Source of the DNA: an uncultured Gemmatimonadales bacterium
GTDB taxonomy: Bacteria; Gemmatimonadota; Gemmatimonadetes; Palauibacterales; Palauibacteraceae
Length of the DNA: 64,000 nt
Reading direction: 5' to 3'
NCBI GenBank assembly: GCA_963783385.1
Contig: CAWANJ010000009.1
Coordinates: 512,001 to 576,000 of the forward strand
This document shows positions 46,900 through 56,450 of the stretch, in pieces (position 1 is the first letter of the stretch; each line of letters opens with the position of its first letter). A model generated the notes under the pieces. The model was not told where the DNA came from. It did no database searches and saw only the letters and a program-made list of their open reading frames with translations. The position numbers and the translations under genes are program-made.

Positions 46900-47534
46900 G
46901 GGAGGCCTACCGGCGCGACCGCCGGCGCCTCGTGGAGCTCCTTCGTGCGGGCGGGATCGAAGACCTGGCGGTCCTGCACGCCTTCGACGCCGTGCCGCGC
47001 CACCTGTTCGTTCCCGAGGCCGTCACGCACCGTGCCTACGAGGACGTGGCGCTGCCCATCGGCCGCGACCAGACCATCTCCCGCCCCGCGGTGCACGCCC
47101 TCCACCTGTCGCTCGCCGGCCTGCGAGGTGGCGAGAAGGTCCTGGAGGTGGGGACGGGCTCGGGTTACCAGACCGCGCTCCTGGCCACGCTCGGAGCCCG
47201 AGTGTTCTCCATCGAGCGGATCGAGGCGCTCTCCGCGCTCGCCGGTGCACGCCTGACGGAGCTGGGTCTCACCGAGGTCCGCCTCCGCGTGGGGGACGGA
47301 AGCGCGGGCTGGCCCGAGGAGGCTCCGTTCGACGTGATCCTCGTCGGGGCCGCCGCGCCGGCGGTCCCGGAGGCCTTGCGCGAGCAGATGGCCCCGCGTG
47401 GCCGGATGGTCGTGCCGGTGCACACGCCCGCGGGGCAGCGTCTCGTGCTCGTCCGGCACGTCGAGGAGGGCTGGGCGCAGGAGATCGTCGACGAGGCGCG
47501 CTTCGTTCCCCTGATCGGGGAGGGGCGGCCGTGA
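46881..47534 (+). CDS. pcm: Protein-L-isoaspartate O-methyltransferase
   Basis: VPRHLFV, AYED.ALPIG..QTIS, LEVGTGSGYQ, FVPLI; follows surE. Confidence 0.93.
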   Translation: MVAGAVREAYRRDRRRLVELLRAGGIEDLAVLHAFDAVPRHLFVPEAVTHRAYEDVALPIGRDQTISRPAVHALHLSLAGLRGGEKVLEVGTGSGYQTALLATLGARVFSIERIEALSALAGARLTELGLTEVRLRVGDGSAGWPEEAPFDVILVGAAAPAVPEALREQMAPRGRMVVPVHTPAGQRLVLVRHVEEGWAQEIVDEARFVPLIGEGRP

Positions 47535-48172
47535 GCGACTCCGGGGAGGCCGTGCGGTCGACGGCGGCTCGTAGCCGGAATCCGGTTCGCCGGCTGTACG
47601 ACTGGGTCCTGCGCTGGGCGGACCGTCCCTCGGGACCCGCGGCGCTCGTCGGCCTGGCGGCGGCCGAGGCCGTGTTCTTTCCAATCCCCCCCGACGTCCT
47701 TCTCATCCCCCTGTGCCTGGGTCGACCGAAGCACGCCTTCCGTTTCGCCCTGCTGTGTACGCTGGGCTCGGTCGGCGGCGCGCTGCTCGGCTACTGGGCC
47801 GGCAGCACCCTGTACGACACCGTGGGCCGACCCATCCTGCAGCTGTACGGCTACGGCGAGGTCTACCAGAGAGTCGGCGAGCTGTATCGACAGAACCTGG
47901 TGCTGGCGCTGGGAAGCGCCGGATTCACTCCGATTCCGTACAAGGTGTTCACGATCGCCGCCGGAGGCTTCAAGGTGCCACTCGCGGCGTTCGTGGCGAT
48001 CTCCGCCGTGAGCCGCGGGGGCCGCTTCTTCATCGTGGCCGGACTCCTGCGCCTGTTCGGCGAGCCGATGCGGGAGTTCATCGACCGCTATTTCAACGTC
48101 CTCAGCGTGCTGCTCGTGGTACTCATCATCGCTGGCTTCGTGGTCGTCCGATGGGCGCTGGGCGGATTGTGA
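47531..48172 (+). CDS. YqaA/DedA (VTT domain) membrane protein
   Basis: EAVFFPIPPDVLL, GSVGGALLGY, FTPIPYKVFTI. Confidence 0.9.
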   Translation: MSDSGEAVRSTAARSRNPVRRLYDWVLRWADRPSGPAALVGLAAAEAVFFPIPPDVLLIPLCLGRPKHAFRFALLCTLGSVGGALLGYWAGSTLYDTVGRPILQLYGYGEVYQRVGELYRQNLVLALGSAGFTPIPYKVFTIAAGGFKVPLAAFVAISAVSRGGRFFIVAGLLRLFGEPMREFIDRYFNVLSVLLVVLIIAGFVVVRWALGGL

Positions 48173-48290
48173 GGCCAACGGTTGGCGCCTCCGTGAGAGG
48201 CTCGGTAGGTTGGGGTCGCCGCGGGCGGCCGGGCGCCCCCGCGATCGGAAGCTACGGCGTGCCATGCCTCTTGACGGGGGAGGAGAGCCC

Positions 48291-48941
48291 GTGAGCGACC
48301 GGGTTCCGCCGGTGTTCGCTCCGCCCGGTCAGGGCGGGGCGGGGCAGGGCGACGAGGGCGGGGCGGCCCGCGGGCCGTCGTGGCCGCCCGAGGTGTACGA
48401 GGACCGCCGCGCGGGCGGAAGCGTGAGCGAGCGCCTCCGAGAGCACATGGAGGCGTTCCCCGACTTCCCGCGGGCCGGAATCGTCTTCCAGGATCTCATG
48501 CCGGTCCTGAAGGCGCCGGAGCTGTTCGCGGAGGTGGTGGAGCAGTTCGCGACCGAGGCCCTGCGGGTGGAGGCGGACACGATCGCCGCCGTCGAGTCGC
48601 GCGGGTTCCTGTTCGCCGCGCCGCTCTCGATCCGGCTGGGGTGCCCGCTGCTCCCCATCCGCAAGCAAGGGAAGCTGCCGGGCCGGACACTGCAGGAGCG
48701 CTATGCGCTCGAGTACGGCGAAGCCGAGCTGGAGATCCAGACCGGCGCGATCCGCGCCGGGAGCCGGGTGTTCGTCGTCGACGACCTCCTGGCCACCGGG
48801 GGCACCCTCGAAGCAGCCTGTCGACTGGTGGAGCGAGCCGACGGGAAGATCGCCGGGCTGGGCGTCGTCGTGGAGCTCGTCGCGTTGGAGGGTGCGGCGA
48901 GGCTGGCGCCGCACGAGCTCCTGGCACTGGTTCGCATGTGA
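48291..48941 (+). CDS. apt: Adenine phosphoribosyltransferase
   Basis: PDFP..GIVFQD, ESRGF, IRKQGKLPG, YALEYG, VDDLLATGGT; start either GTG 48291 (GGAGGAG RBS) or GTG 48423. Confidence 0.94.
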   Translation: MSDRVPPVFAPPGQGGAGQGDEGGAARGPSWPPEVYEDRRAGGSVSERLREHMEAFPDFPRAGIVFQDLMPVLKAPELFAEVVEQFATEALRVEADTIAAVESRGFLFAAPLSIRLGCPLLPIRKQGKLPGRTLQERYALEYGEAELEIQTGAIRAGSRVFVVDDLLATGGTLEAACRLVERADGKIAGLGVVVELVALEGAARLAPHELLALVRM

Positions 48942-49024
48942 GATCGCATCCGGGGCGCGCCGGGAACGGAGCGGCGGCGCCGCGGGTTCGCCACGGAGAT
49001 AGAGGCTAGAGGATCGAGGCGTAG

Positions 49025-49891
49025 ATGGCAGCGAAGGGCTCGAAAGGTGGTGGTCGGTCCGGGGGCTATGCGAGCACCGAAGATGCGCTCGCGGTCGGAA
49101 TGGCGCGGACCATCGACTGGATGCGTGGTCACCAGCGGGCGGTCATCCTCGGCGTGCTGGTGGCGGCCGCGCTGGCGGCGGGACTCGTCTACTACAGGGA
49201 CTACAGGAGGAACCTGACGGCCCGGGCCGTGACTCAGCTCGAGCAGCTGGAGGCCGAGCTCGCGCAGAGCAACGCCCCGGCGTCGGCCGTGGGCAGGCTG
49301 CGGGACTTCCTCAACCGCTTCGGCGGCACCCCATCGGCTGACGACGCGCGGCTGCTGATGGCCCGGATCCAGCTGGACGAAGGCGCGGCCGCGGACGCGG
49401 TCAAGACGCTGGATCCGCTGGCACACCGTGCGCTCGACACGCCCATCGGCTACGCCGCCACGCGCCTGCGGGCGGACGCCTACGCGGCGGCCGGCGACCG
49501 GGCCAGCGCCCTTCGGACGCTGGACGACGCGGCCCGAAACGCGCGCTTCCCCTTCCAGCGGAACGACGCTTCGGCGGAGCTCGCCGATCTACTCGTGCAG
49601 GCGGGCCGCTACGACTCGGCCGCGTCCATCTACCGGCGCCTGGCGCAGGACTCGGCCGCCTCGCCCGAGGGGACCGGCGTGTACGCGATGCGGCTCGGGG
49701 AAGTGCTGGCGCTCAAGTCGGCGGGAGCCCCGCCGCCCGCGGGTCCTCCGGCCGACACCGCGGCCCGGGACACGACGCTACCGCCCGGCGTGGGCGCCCC
49801 GACAGCGTCACCGACGCTGCCGGTCGCTCCCGCGGGCTCGGCAGCCGCACGCCCCGGTTCGACGTCGAACGGCAGGTCGGGCGGGTCCTGA
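49025..49891 (+). CDS. Membrane-anchored TPR protein (YfgM-like)
   Basis: One N-terminal TM (VILGVLVAAALAAGLVYY), TPR-like helices, Pro/Ala/Thr-rich tail. Confidence 0.75.
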   Translation: MAAKGSKGGGRSGGYASTEDALAVGMARTIDWMRGHQRAVILGVLVAAALAAGLVYYRDYRRNLTARAVTQLEQLEAELAQSNAPASAVGRLRDFLNRFGGTPSADDARLLMARIQLDEGAAADAVKTLDPLAHRALDTPIGYAATRLRADAYAAAGDRASALRTLDDAARNARFPFQRNDASAELADLLVQAGRYDSAASIYRRLAQDSAASPEGTGVYAMRLGEVLALKSAGAPPPAGPPADTAARDTTLPPGVGAPTASPTLPVAPAGSAAARPGSTSNGRSGGS

Positions 49892-49909
49892 TCCGACGCC
49901 CCCCCATCC

Positions 49910-51805
49910 TCACGGCCCCGGGGGAGCCAGCGGGATCGTGAAGGCGAAGCGCGATCCCACCCCGAGCTTGCTTTCCGCGGTGATCTTGCCGCCGTGCGCC
50001 TCCACGATCTTGCGCGAGATGGCCAATCCGAGCCCCGTGCCCGCCCGAGCATCGAGCCCATGGCTGCCTGGCTCGAACACGGTCTCGAGCTCGCCCTCCG
50101 AGATCCCCGACCCGCTATCGGCCACCACGCAGCGTACCTGGGCCGAGCCCGCCGAGGCACGCAGCGCGATCCAGCCCCCCCGGTCCGTGTAACGGAGCGC
50201 GTTTCCCACCAGGTTGGACAGAACCTGCATGAGACGCTCGCGGTCCCCCCGGATCCGGGGAAGGTCGCCGTCCACTTCGAGCCGGAGGTGGATGCCGGAG
50301 TCCTCGACGAGCTGTCGGAACAGCTCCTCGACCTCGGCCAGGAGGGAAGGCACGTCCACCGGCTCCATCGCCATGCGGAGCCGCCCATCCTCCTCGGGCC
50401 CCCACTCGAGATCCTCGATCAGGTGCCGGACCCGGTCCACCGTGCGCAGGACCGGCTCCAGGTGCTCGCGGGCGGCGTCGACCGAGCGGCCGGCCGGCGT
50501 GTCCTGGAGCAAGAAGCCGACGTGGATCGCGATGCGCTGGAGAGCGTTTCGCACGTCGTGCGAGACGATCTGGGACACCTGCTCTCGGGCCGAGAGCGCG
50601 CTCTGAGCCTGCTCGTAGAGCCGGCAGTTCTCCAGGTCCAGCGCGATGCGCTGGGCCAGCTCCCGGGCCAGAACGTAGTCCTCGAGACCGAAGCCCGGGC
50701 CCTTCCCGGAATCCAGGAAGACCAGCGCGCCACGCACGGGAGCCCGGCCGCCGCCCCCCGTGAGAGGAAGCATCATCCCCCGGCGCGGGGGAGGGGAGCC
50801 TCCGGGAGGACCGCCGCCCCCACCGGCCTCGGGACCGCCGTCGCCCGATGGGAAAGCCAGGCCACGCCCGCCGGCTATCGCCCTGGCCAACCACCCGTGC
50901 GGGTCTCCGGGCGACAGCCGGAAGCGCGCCTCGAAGTCGCCCAGAGCTTCCCGGGCCTCGCCGTCGCGGAAGGCCAGGGCCACGCGTCGTAGCTTGCCGT
51001 CCCGTTCCAGATAGGCGGCGAAGCCGTCGGTGAACTCGCTGACCACCACGTGCGCGGCACGCTGCAGGCTTACGATCGGGTCCAGGGACCGGGCCAGGAG
51101 CTCGCCCGCGTGCTCCAGGAAGCTGGCCCGCCACGCCGCCCGCTCGGCGGCTTCCCGGGCTACTTGCTCCTGGGCGAGGGCCCTGCGACGCTCCTCCAGC
51201 AGCCGTTGCTGGGAGAGATCCCGGAGGATCCACCGCACCCCCGTGATGCGGCCGTTTGCGGCCCGGATCGGCCTGGCCACGACGTCCACGGCGACCTCAC
51301 CCGGCTCCAGGTCCGGTCCGCGCGGGCACACCCGACCCTCCCATTCGGCTCCGCCGGCACCGCTCCTGAACCGCTCGAGCCGCAGGCGGAAGCCGTCGCG
51401 CTCCTCCTCCGGGATGTAGCCCAGGGCCGACGCGTCGACGAGCCGTTCCGAGGGGACGCCCAGCAGCGTTCCCGCCGCCCGGTTGGCCTCCCGGATGATC
51501 CCATCCGGGTCCGTGACCAGGTAGGGCGTCGGCGCGAATTCGAACAGCTCACGGTACCGGGTCCTCTCGACGTCCACGAGGTCCCGCTGAGCGGCCAGGG
51601 CGGCGTCCTGCCGCGCCAGAGCCCGCCTGGCTCCGGCCAGCTCCTCCAACACGCTCTCCAGCTCCTCCCGATCCGGCCCCAAGCCTGGATCGCCCGGCTG
51701 GCGCGCGCGAGCGGACCCCGGCTCGGGTCCGGCCGGGGACCTAGCCGATTCCCACCACGAGCCCCGCTCGACCGAACGAGGCTCCGAACGGTCCCGTTCG
51801 CCCAC
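49910..51805 (-). CDS. Cytoplasmic PAS-GAF sensor histidine kinase
   Basis: PAS ([18 protein letters not shown]), GAF-like region, H-box VSHDVRN, N-box [23 protein letters not shown]; RBS GGAGGAAAGGAG. Confidence 0.92.
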   Translation of the reverse strand: MGERDRSEPRSVERGSWWESARSPAGPEPGSARARQPGDPGLGPDREELESVLEELAGARRALARQDAALAAQRDLVDVERTRYRELFEFAPTPYLVTDPDGIIREANRAAGTLLGVPSERLVDASALGYIPEEERDGFRLRLERFRSGAGGAEWEGRVCPRGPDLEPGEVAVDVVARPIRAANGRITGVRWILRDLSQQRLLEERRRALAQEQVAREAAERAAWRASFLEHAGELLARSLDPIVSLQRAAHVVVSEFTDGFAAYLERDGKLRRVALAFRDGEAREALGDFEARFRLSPGDPHGWLARAIAGGRGLAFPSGDGGPEAGGGGGPPGGSPPPRRGMMLPLTGGGGRAPVRGALVFLDSGKGPGFGLEDYVLARELAQRIALDLENCRLYEQAQSALSAREQVSQIVSHDVRNALQRIAIHVGFLLQDTPAGRSVDAAREHLEPVLRTVDRVRHLIEDLEWGPEEDGRLRMAMEPVDVPSLLAEVEELFRQLVEDSGIHLRLEVDGDLPRIRGDRERLMQVLSNLVGNALRYTDRGGWIALRASAGSAQVRCVVADSGSGISEGELETVFEPGSHGLDARAGTGLGLAISRKIVEAHGGKITAESKLGVGSRFAFTIPLAPPGP

Positions 51806-52051
51806 CGCGCTCCTTTCCTCCGTTGATCCGCGAATCGTCCGGGCACCCCTTCGCCATCTAGAGTCCGCGAGTCCGCAAAGTCAAGCTCCGGCGGGGAGTC
51901 GCCCCGATGGGTCCGGACGGCAGCCCCGCGTCGCGCTCGCCGTCCCCGCGCACATCCACCGGTGTATCACATGAGGTCAACGGCAGTATCGCGTGGTATA
52001 CAGGTTATATACGGAAGTCGATCATACGCCGCGCTCCGATTATCCCCGCCG

Positions 52052-52060
52052 TTATCCACA
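52052..52060 (+). promoter_or_regulatory. Perfect DnaA box TTATCCACA (degenerate second box TTATCCCCG at 52040-52048)
   Basis: Exact match to the DnaA R-box consensus, in a locally AT-rich intergenic region. Confidence 0.6.
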
Positions 52061-52087
52061 TGGCGCATAATGTATATTATGTTAACA
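52060..52087 (+). other. dif: dif site (XerC/XerD chromosome dimer resolution site)
   Basis: ATGGCGCATAA-TGTATA-TTATGTTAACA matches 23/28 nt of E. coli dif (GGTGCGCATAA-TGTATA-TTATGTTAAAT); intergenic, near the coding-strand switch. Confidence 0.92.
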
Positions 52088-52201
52088 AGCGTCGGACACG
52101 CACCCCATCCCGTGGGCCGGACATCCCGGCCACGTCCCCCTCCGCCCCGGGAGGCCGCACCACACCGCAGGTCCCCTCCTTCCTGGAGACCGGCCGGGCC
52201 C

Positions 52202-52957
52202 TCACAGGCGCCCGAACAACGTCTTGATGCGCAGCGCCCACACACGCCACACTGCTTCCCGCACGATGGCCCCGGACATCTTGCTCTCTCCCGTGTCGCG
52301 GTCCACGAACACGATCGGCACCTCGCGCACCTCGAACCCGAGCCTCCAGGCACGGAAGCTCATCTCGATCTGAAAGGCGTAGCCGGTCGAGTCCACGTCG
52401 GAGAAGTCGATCGCCTCGAGGACTTCCCACCGGAAGCACTTGAAGCCGCTGGTGGCGTCGGTGACCCGGAGTCCCGTGACCCAGCGCGCGTACTTGTTGG
52501 CCAGCCAGCTGAGGAGGAGCCGGGACATGGGCCAGTTCACCACGTTCACGCCCCGGAGGTACCGGGAGCCGACCGCCACGCCGCAGGTCTCGGAGGCCTC
52601 CAGGAGATCCGGTAAGTACTTGGGATCATGGGAGAAATCTGCATCCATCTCGATCAGCACGTCATAGGCTTCGCCCAGGCCGAGACGAAAGCCCTCCAGG
52701 TAGGCGGAGCCCAGCCCCAGCTTCCCCGCCCGGTGCAGGACGCGCAGGCGCGGCTCCCCGGCGGCCAGGCGGTCGGCGAGCTCCCCGGTGCCGTCCGGGG
52801 ACGCGTCGTCGACCACGAGGATGTCGATCCTGGGATCGGCGGCGAGGATGGACGGCACGATGCCCGCCAGGTTCTCTACCTCGTCGTAGGTGGGGAGTAC
52901 GACCAGCGCCCTGCCGACGCCGCGGCCCTTCGCCGCCTTCGATCGCGTAGTGCTCAT
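52202..52957 (-). CDS. Polyprenol-monophosphomannose synthase (DPM1-like GT2)
   Basis: LPTYDE..N, VVDDASPDGTG, GLGSAY, MDADFSHDP, GYAFQIE, GESKMS. Confidence 0.9.
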   Translation of the reverse strand: MSTTRSKAAKGRGVGRALVVLPTYDEVENLAGIVPSILAADPRIDILVVDDASPDGTGELADRLAAGEPRLRVLHRAGKLGLGSAYLEGFRLGLGEAYDVLIEMDADFSHDPKYLPDLLEASETCGVAVGSRYLRGVNVVNWPMSRLLLSWLANKYARWVTGLRVTDATSGFKCFRWEVLEAIDFSDVDSTGYAFQIEMSFRAWRLGFEVREVPIVFVDRDTGESKMSGAIVREAVWRVWALRIKTLFGRL

Positions 52958-53979
52958 CCCTCGGGACTCTCCGGCGCCTCGTGACCCGGTGGCGCGGCGC
53001 CCTCCGCCCCGCCCTCGTTGGACGACGTACCCGGAGCGCCGTCGGACGAGCCGCCCCGCGCGATCGCACTCGCAGCGGCCACGCCCACCAGCTCGCTGGC
53101 CACCGTCCACACGCGCGCCGCGATCGCCACGGCGGCCGCCGAGGTCGCGGTCAGGAGCGTGAGCGCCAGGAGAAGGGCCGTCATGGCTCCCTCCCGCACG
53201 ACGAGCCCGCCGGGGGCGAGCAGGACCAGGTAGCCGGCCACGTAGCTGGCGGCGAACACGCCGGTGGCCGTGAGGACCCCCACGGGTGCCGTGCTCCACA
53301 GGCCCCGCAGCAGGCACCAGAACCCGAGGCCGTAAGCCAGCCAGGAGAGAACGAGGGCCACGCCCGCCGCGCCCAGGTCGCGGCCCCGTGGCGCCGCGGA
53401 CTCCAGCGATTCCTCCCCGGTCAACCTGGCGGCGAGGCGCGTCACCCACCGGAGGAGCGCCGGATGCAGGAGGAGAGCCAGGACCAGGATGGCCGCGGCC
53501 CACACGAGAGGGCTGCCGCTGTGCGCCGCAGCCAGATCTCCGCCCAGCGTGAGCAGGGCCACCGCCGCCCCGGTGAGCAGCGTGACCACCTGGTAGCCGA
53601 GCGAGGAGGACAGGGCCAGCGCCCCGGAGCCGCCCGTCCGCCGCAGGTGCAGGGCCAGCCCCGAGAGCTGCCACACCTTCCCGGGGATGTAACGTCCCAG
53701 GTTGGTGGCCATCCACACGGCGACGCCACGCCGGTAGCCGAGCCTCCCTCCGCCCGCACGGTACAGGTGGACCCAGGTGCCGCCCATCCAGCCCAGGTTG
53801 AGCGTGGCCAGCACCAGCGCCGCGGCCAGCCAGCCGGGCGACAGGTGGAAGGTCGGCCCCGCTCCGTGACGGAGGGAGGCGAGCGCGCTCCACTGGCGGC
53901 GGAGGAGCAAACCGACGAACAGGACCGCGGCCAGGAAGAACAGACCGGTCACGACCCGGCCCAGAGCCGGTCGCTTCAC
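52954..53979 (-). CDS. Lysylphosphatidylglycerol-synthase TM / flippase-like membrane protein (UPF0104)
   Basis: Multi-TM; NLGRYIPGKVW and APGGLVVRE motifs. Confidence 0.8.
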   Translation of the reverse strand: MKRPALGRVVTGLFFLAAVLFVGLLLRRQWSALASLRHGAGPTFHLSPGWLAAALVLATLNLGWMGGTWVHLYRAGGGRLGYRRGVAVWMATNLGRYIPGKVWQLSGLALHLRRTGGSGALALSSSLGYQVVTLLTGAAVALLTLGGDLAAAHSGSPLVWAAAILVLALLLHPALLRWVTRLAARLTGEESLESAAPRGRDLGAAGVALVLSWLAYGLGFWCLLRGLWSTAPVGVLTATGVFAASYVAGYLVLLAPGGLVVREGAMTALLLALTLLTATSAAAVAIAARVWTVASELVGVAAASAIARGGSSDGAPGTSSNEGGAEGAAPPGHEAPESPEG

Positions 53980-56450
53980 GCCCGGTCGGTCCTCCGCCGC
54001 CTGCCCACCCGCCAGCCGATGGCGGCCAGGACCAGGACCAGCGTGAGCCCCGACAGCCAGCGGCCGATCCGGAATGGCCGAGAGCGGTACACGAACCTCA
54101 CCCGGTGCCGCCCCGCGGGGACGCTCACGCCGCGAAAGGCGACGTCGGCCCGCAGCACAGGGACCTCGCGTCCGTCCACGTAGGCGTGCCAGTTCGGGTG
54201 GTAGACCTCGCTCACGAACAGGAGGCCAGCCCGGGAGGCATCGACCTCGAGCGCGAGCTCGTCGGGATGGTCCTCCACGAGGCGGGCGCTGCCCCGTCCC
54301 GCCTGCGGGGGCGGGCCGCGCGTCTCGACCACGGCCGCCTCGGAGGGATCCCGGAGCGCCAGCGTGGCCCGAAGGGCCGCGGTCGTGTCACCGACCGCCC
54401 GGACGCTGTCCGGGAAGAAGGCGTGCGCACGCTCGAGCGCCGTCGCCACGGCGTACAGGTGGACGCCCTCCTCGACCGTATCCTGGACGAGAAGGGGCGT
54501 GTTGACCGCCGAGGGCACCGCCAGGAACCGCAGGTCGAGCATCGGCCACAGGGCCGGGTCCCGGAGGAGATTCTGGAACTCGCCGGTCCCCCCGACCAGG
54601 CGCTCGTACCACGCCAGCCGGAAATTCTGGCTCCCGGTCACCGCCGGGATGCCCCACAGCATGAGCTGGTTGGGGCCGAAGCTGTTCCCGGCTGGCCACA
54701 CGCGCTCTCCGGGCCGGAGCTCCCGCTCCATGCGGGTGACCAGGCCCGGTGCGTCCAGGTAGCGGCGTGCCTCGATCGTGCTCCGATAGCGGCCGTCCAC
54801 CCTCCACAGGTCCGCCACCAGGAGGAGGGCCAGCAGGGCCAGGCTCCAGCGCGGCGCCCGCCGTTCGGCCACGGCCTGGCCCAGCGCCAGGGTCGCGGCC
54901 CACAGCGCGAACACGATGAGCCCCGTGACGCGGAGCGTAGGGACCAGGGAGGCGGGCGGCGAGGGTCGGTGTCCCGCCGGGTACCAGGAGCTCTCGACCC
55001 AGCGCAGGAGCCCGTGCGGTGACAGGAAGGCCGCCAGCGCGAGGAGGAGGAAGGGGGCCGACGCCACCCAGATCCACAGCCACGGGAGGCCGGGCCGATC
55101 CCCCATCGCGGCGCGCGCCCCCTTCCCTCGGCCTCCGCCCTTCTCGGCCCCCGTGCTCCCATTTCCGGCGGCCTCTCGCGCGTCCAGGACGCGCTGGCAG
55201 CCGATGCCGGCCAGGAGCGCCGCGAAGAACTCGATAGGCGGCAGCATCAGGGAGGGAGCGCGGAATTTCTTCACGAAGGGGACGAGCGCGTAAGCAATGC
55301 GGTGCACCGGCGTCGCGCCGCCGAGCGCGAACAGCACCCCGAGCAGCGTGACACCCGCCAAAATCCACGTGCGCCGGTCCCGCCGCGCGCCCACGATCCC
55401 AATGGCCGCCAGGGCCACGGTCACCGCCCCCAGGTACTCCGTGTGGAGCTTGAACGGGTTCGAGCCCCAGTAGGTCCCCAGGGAGCCAATGAGGTCGGGC
55501 AGGAAGAAGGCGCTCACCTCCTGGGGTGGCACAGCCCACGAGGAGGCGAAGGCGTACCCGCCCTGCCCCGCCCCCCTCACGCCGTACTTCATGAGGTCCA
55601 GCGTCGGGAGCAGCTGCATGGAGCCCACCAGGGCGGCGACCAGGAAGGCGAGCGCCGTGTACCCGGCCAGCCGACCCAGCCGGGAGGCGGTCCTCCCCCC
55701 TTCGTCAGGGACGCCGCCGCCGTCGGGCGAAACCAGCACGGCGCGCAGCACGCCGTACAGGAGCAGCATGAGGGCGCCGTAGTACATGATCTGCACGTGC
55801 GGCGTAAAGATCTGGAGCGCCAGGACCAGTCCCATCCCCAGGAAGGGCGCGACGCGGCCCGTTCGGATCCCCCGCTCCAGGAGGGCGAAGGCGGCCGGGA
55901 GCAGCGCCGCCGCGAACATGCGGCCGTCCTGGCCGCCGTGCAGGGTCGCCATGAACCAGCCACCGAACATGAACGCCAGTCCCGAGAACGCCGACGCCCA
56001 GCGGCCCAGGCCCAGCGAGCGCCCGGCCGCGTACGCCAGGATCCCGGCGACCGCCACATGGATCACGAAGGTCCAGCCGATGGCCCGGAACAGCGGCATC
56101 ACCAGGTAGAGGACGCTGCTCGGGTAGAACACCGGCCCCGGCAGGATTCCCAGGTAAGGCACGCCGGAGTAGACGAACGGGTTCCACAACGGCACCCCGC
56201 GGCCCGCCCGCACCTCCTGGACGGCGAAGTGCCGCATCTGGAAGGCCTGCCCGAGCATGTCCGTGCCGAACAGCATGCGGTCGGGATGGAACACGAAGGA
56301 GGCGAAGTAGGCCAGCGCCAGGAGCGCGCACAGGACCCCGAACGTCAGCGGCCCCGGCCCCCCGGCCAGCCCCGCCGCCGTGGGGAGCCACCCCCGGTCG
56401 ACCCCGCCGGACCCCTGCGCCGCACGCGGGTCCCCTGCGGCCGCGCTCAC
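53976..56450 (-). CDS. YfhO-family GT-C membrane glycosyltransferase
   Basis: PLWNPFVYSGVPY, many TMs, YWGSNPF..HTEYLG, KFRAPS, C-terminal LFVSEVYHPNWHAYVDG...FRGVSVPAGRH; GTG 56450 overlaps the upstream stop. Confidence 0.88.
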   Translation of the reverse strand: MSAAAGDPRAAQGSGGVDRGWLPTAAGLAGGPGPLTFGVLCALLALAYFASFVFHPDRMLFGTDMLGQAFQMRHFAVQEVRAGRGVPLWNPFVYSGVPYLGILPGPVFYPSSVLYLVMPLFRAIGWTFVIHVAVAGILAYAAGRSLGLGRWASAFSGLAFMFGGWFMATLHGGQDGRMFAAALLPAAFALLERGIRTGRVAPFLGMGLVLALQIFTPHVQIMYYGALMLLLYGVLRAVLVSPDGGGVPDEGGRTASRLGRLAGYTALAFLVAALVGSMQLLPTLDLMKYGVRGAGQGGYAFASSWAVPPQEVSAFFLPDLIGSLGTYWGSNPFKLHTEYLGAVTVALAAIGIVGARRDRRTWILAGVTLLGVLFALGGATPVHRIAYALVPFVKKFRAPSLMLPPIEFFAALLAGIGCQRVLDAREAAGNGSTGAEKGGGRGKGARAAMGDRPGLPWLWIWVASAPFLLLALAAFLSPHGLLRWVESSWYPAGHRPSPPASLVPTLRVTGLIVFALWAATLALGQAVAERRAPRWSLALLALLLVADLWRVDGRYRSTIEARRYLDAPGLVTRMERELRPGERVWPAGNSFGPNQLMLWGIPAVTGSQNFRLAWYERLVGGTGEFQNLLRDPALWPMLDLRFLAVPSAVNTPLLVQDTVEEGVHLYAVATALERAHAFFPDSVRAVGDTTAALRATLALRDPSEAAVVETRGPPPQAGRGSARLVEDHPDELALEVDASRAGLLFVSEVYHPNWHAYVDGREVPVLRADVAFRGVSVPAGRHRVRFVYRSRPFRIGRWLSGLTLVLVLAAIGWRVGRRRRTDRA

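Noticed and set aside
51960-52090. Possible oriC (DnaA box plus AT-rich DNA)
   Set aside because: Only one perfect box, no dnaA/dnaN/gidA nearby, genes converge rather than diverge, and the AT-rich core is a dif match; not formally excluded without GC skew
49910-52090. Integrative element exploiting Xer (IMEX) at dif
   Set aside because: No second dif-like site, integrase, replication or phage genes seen
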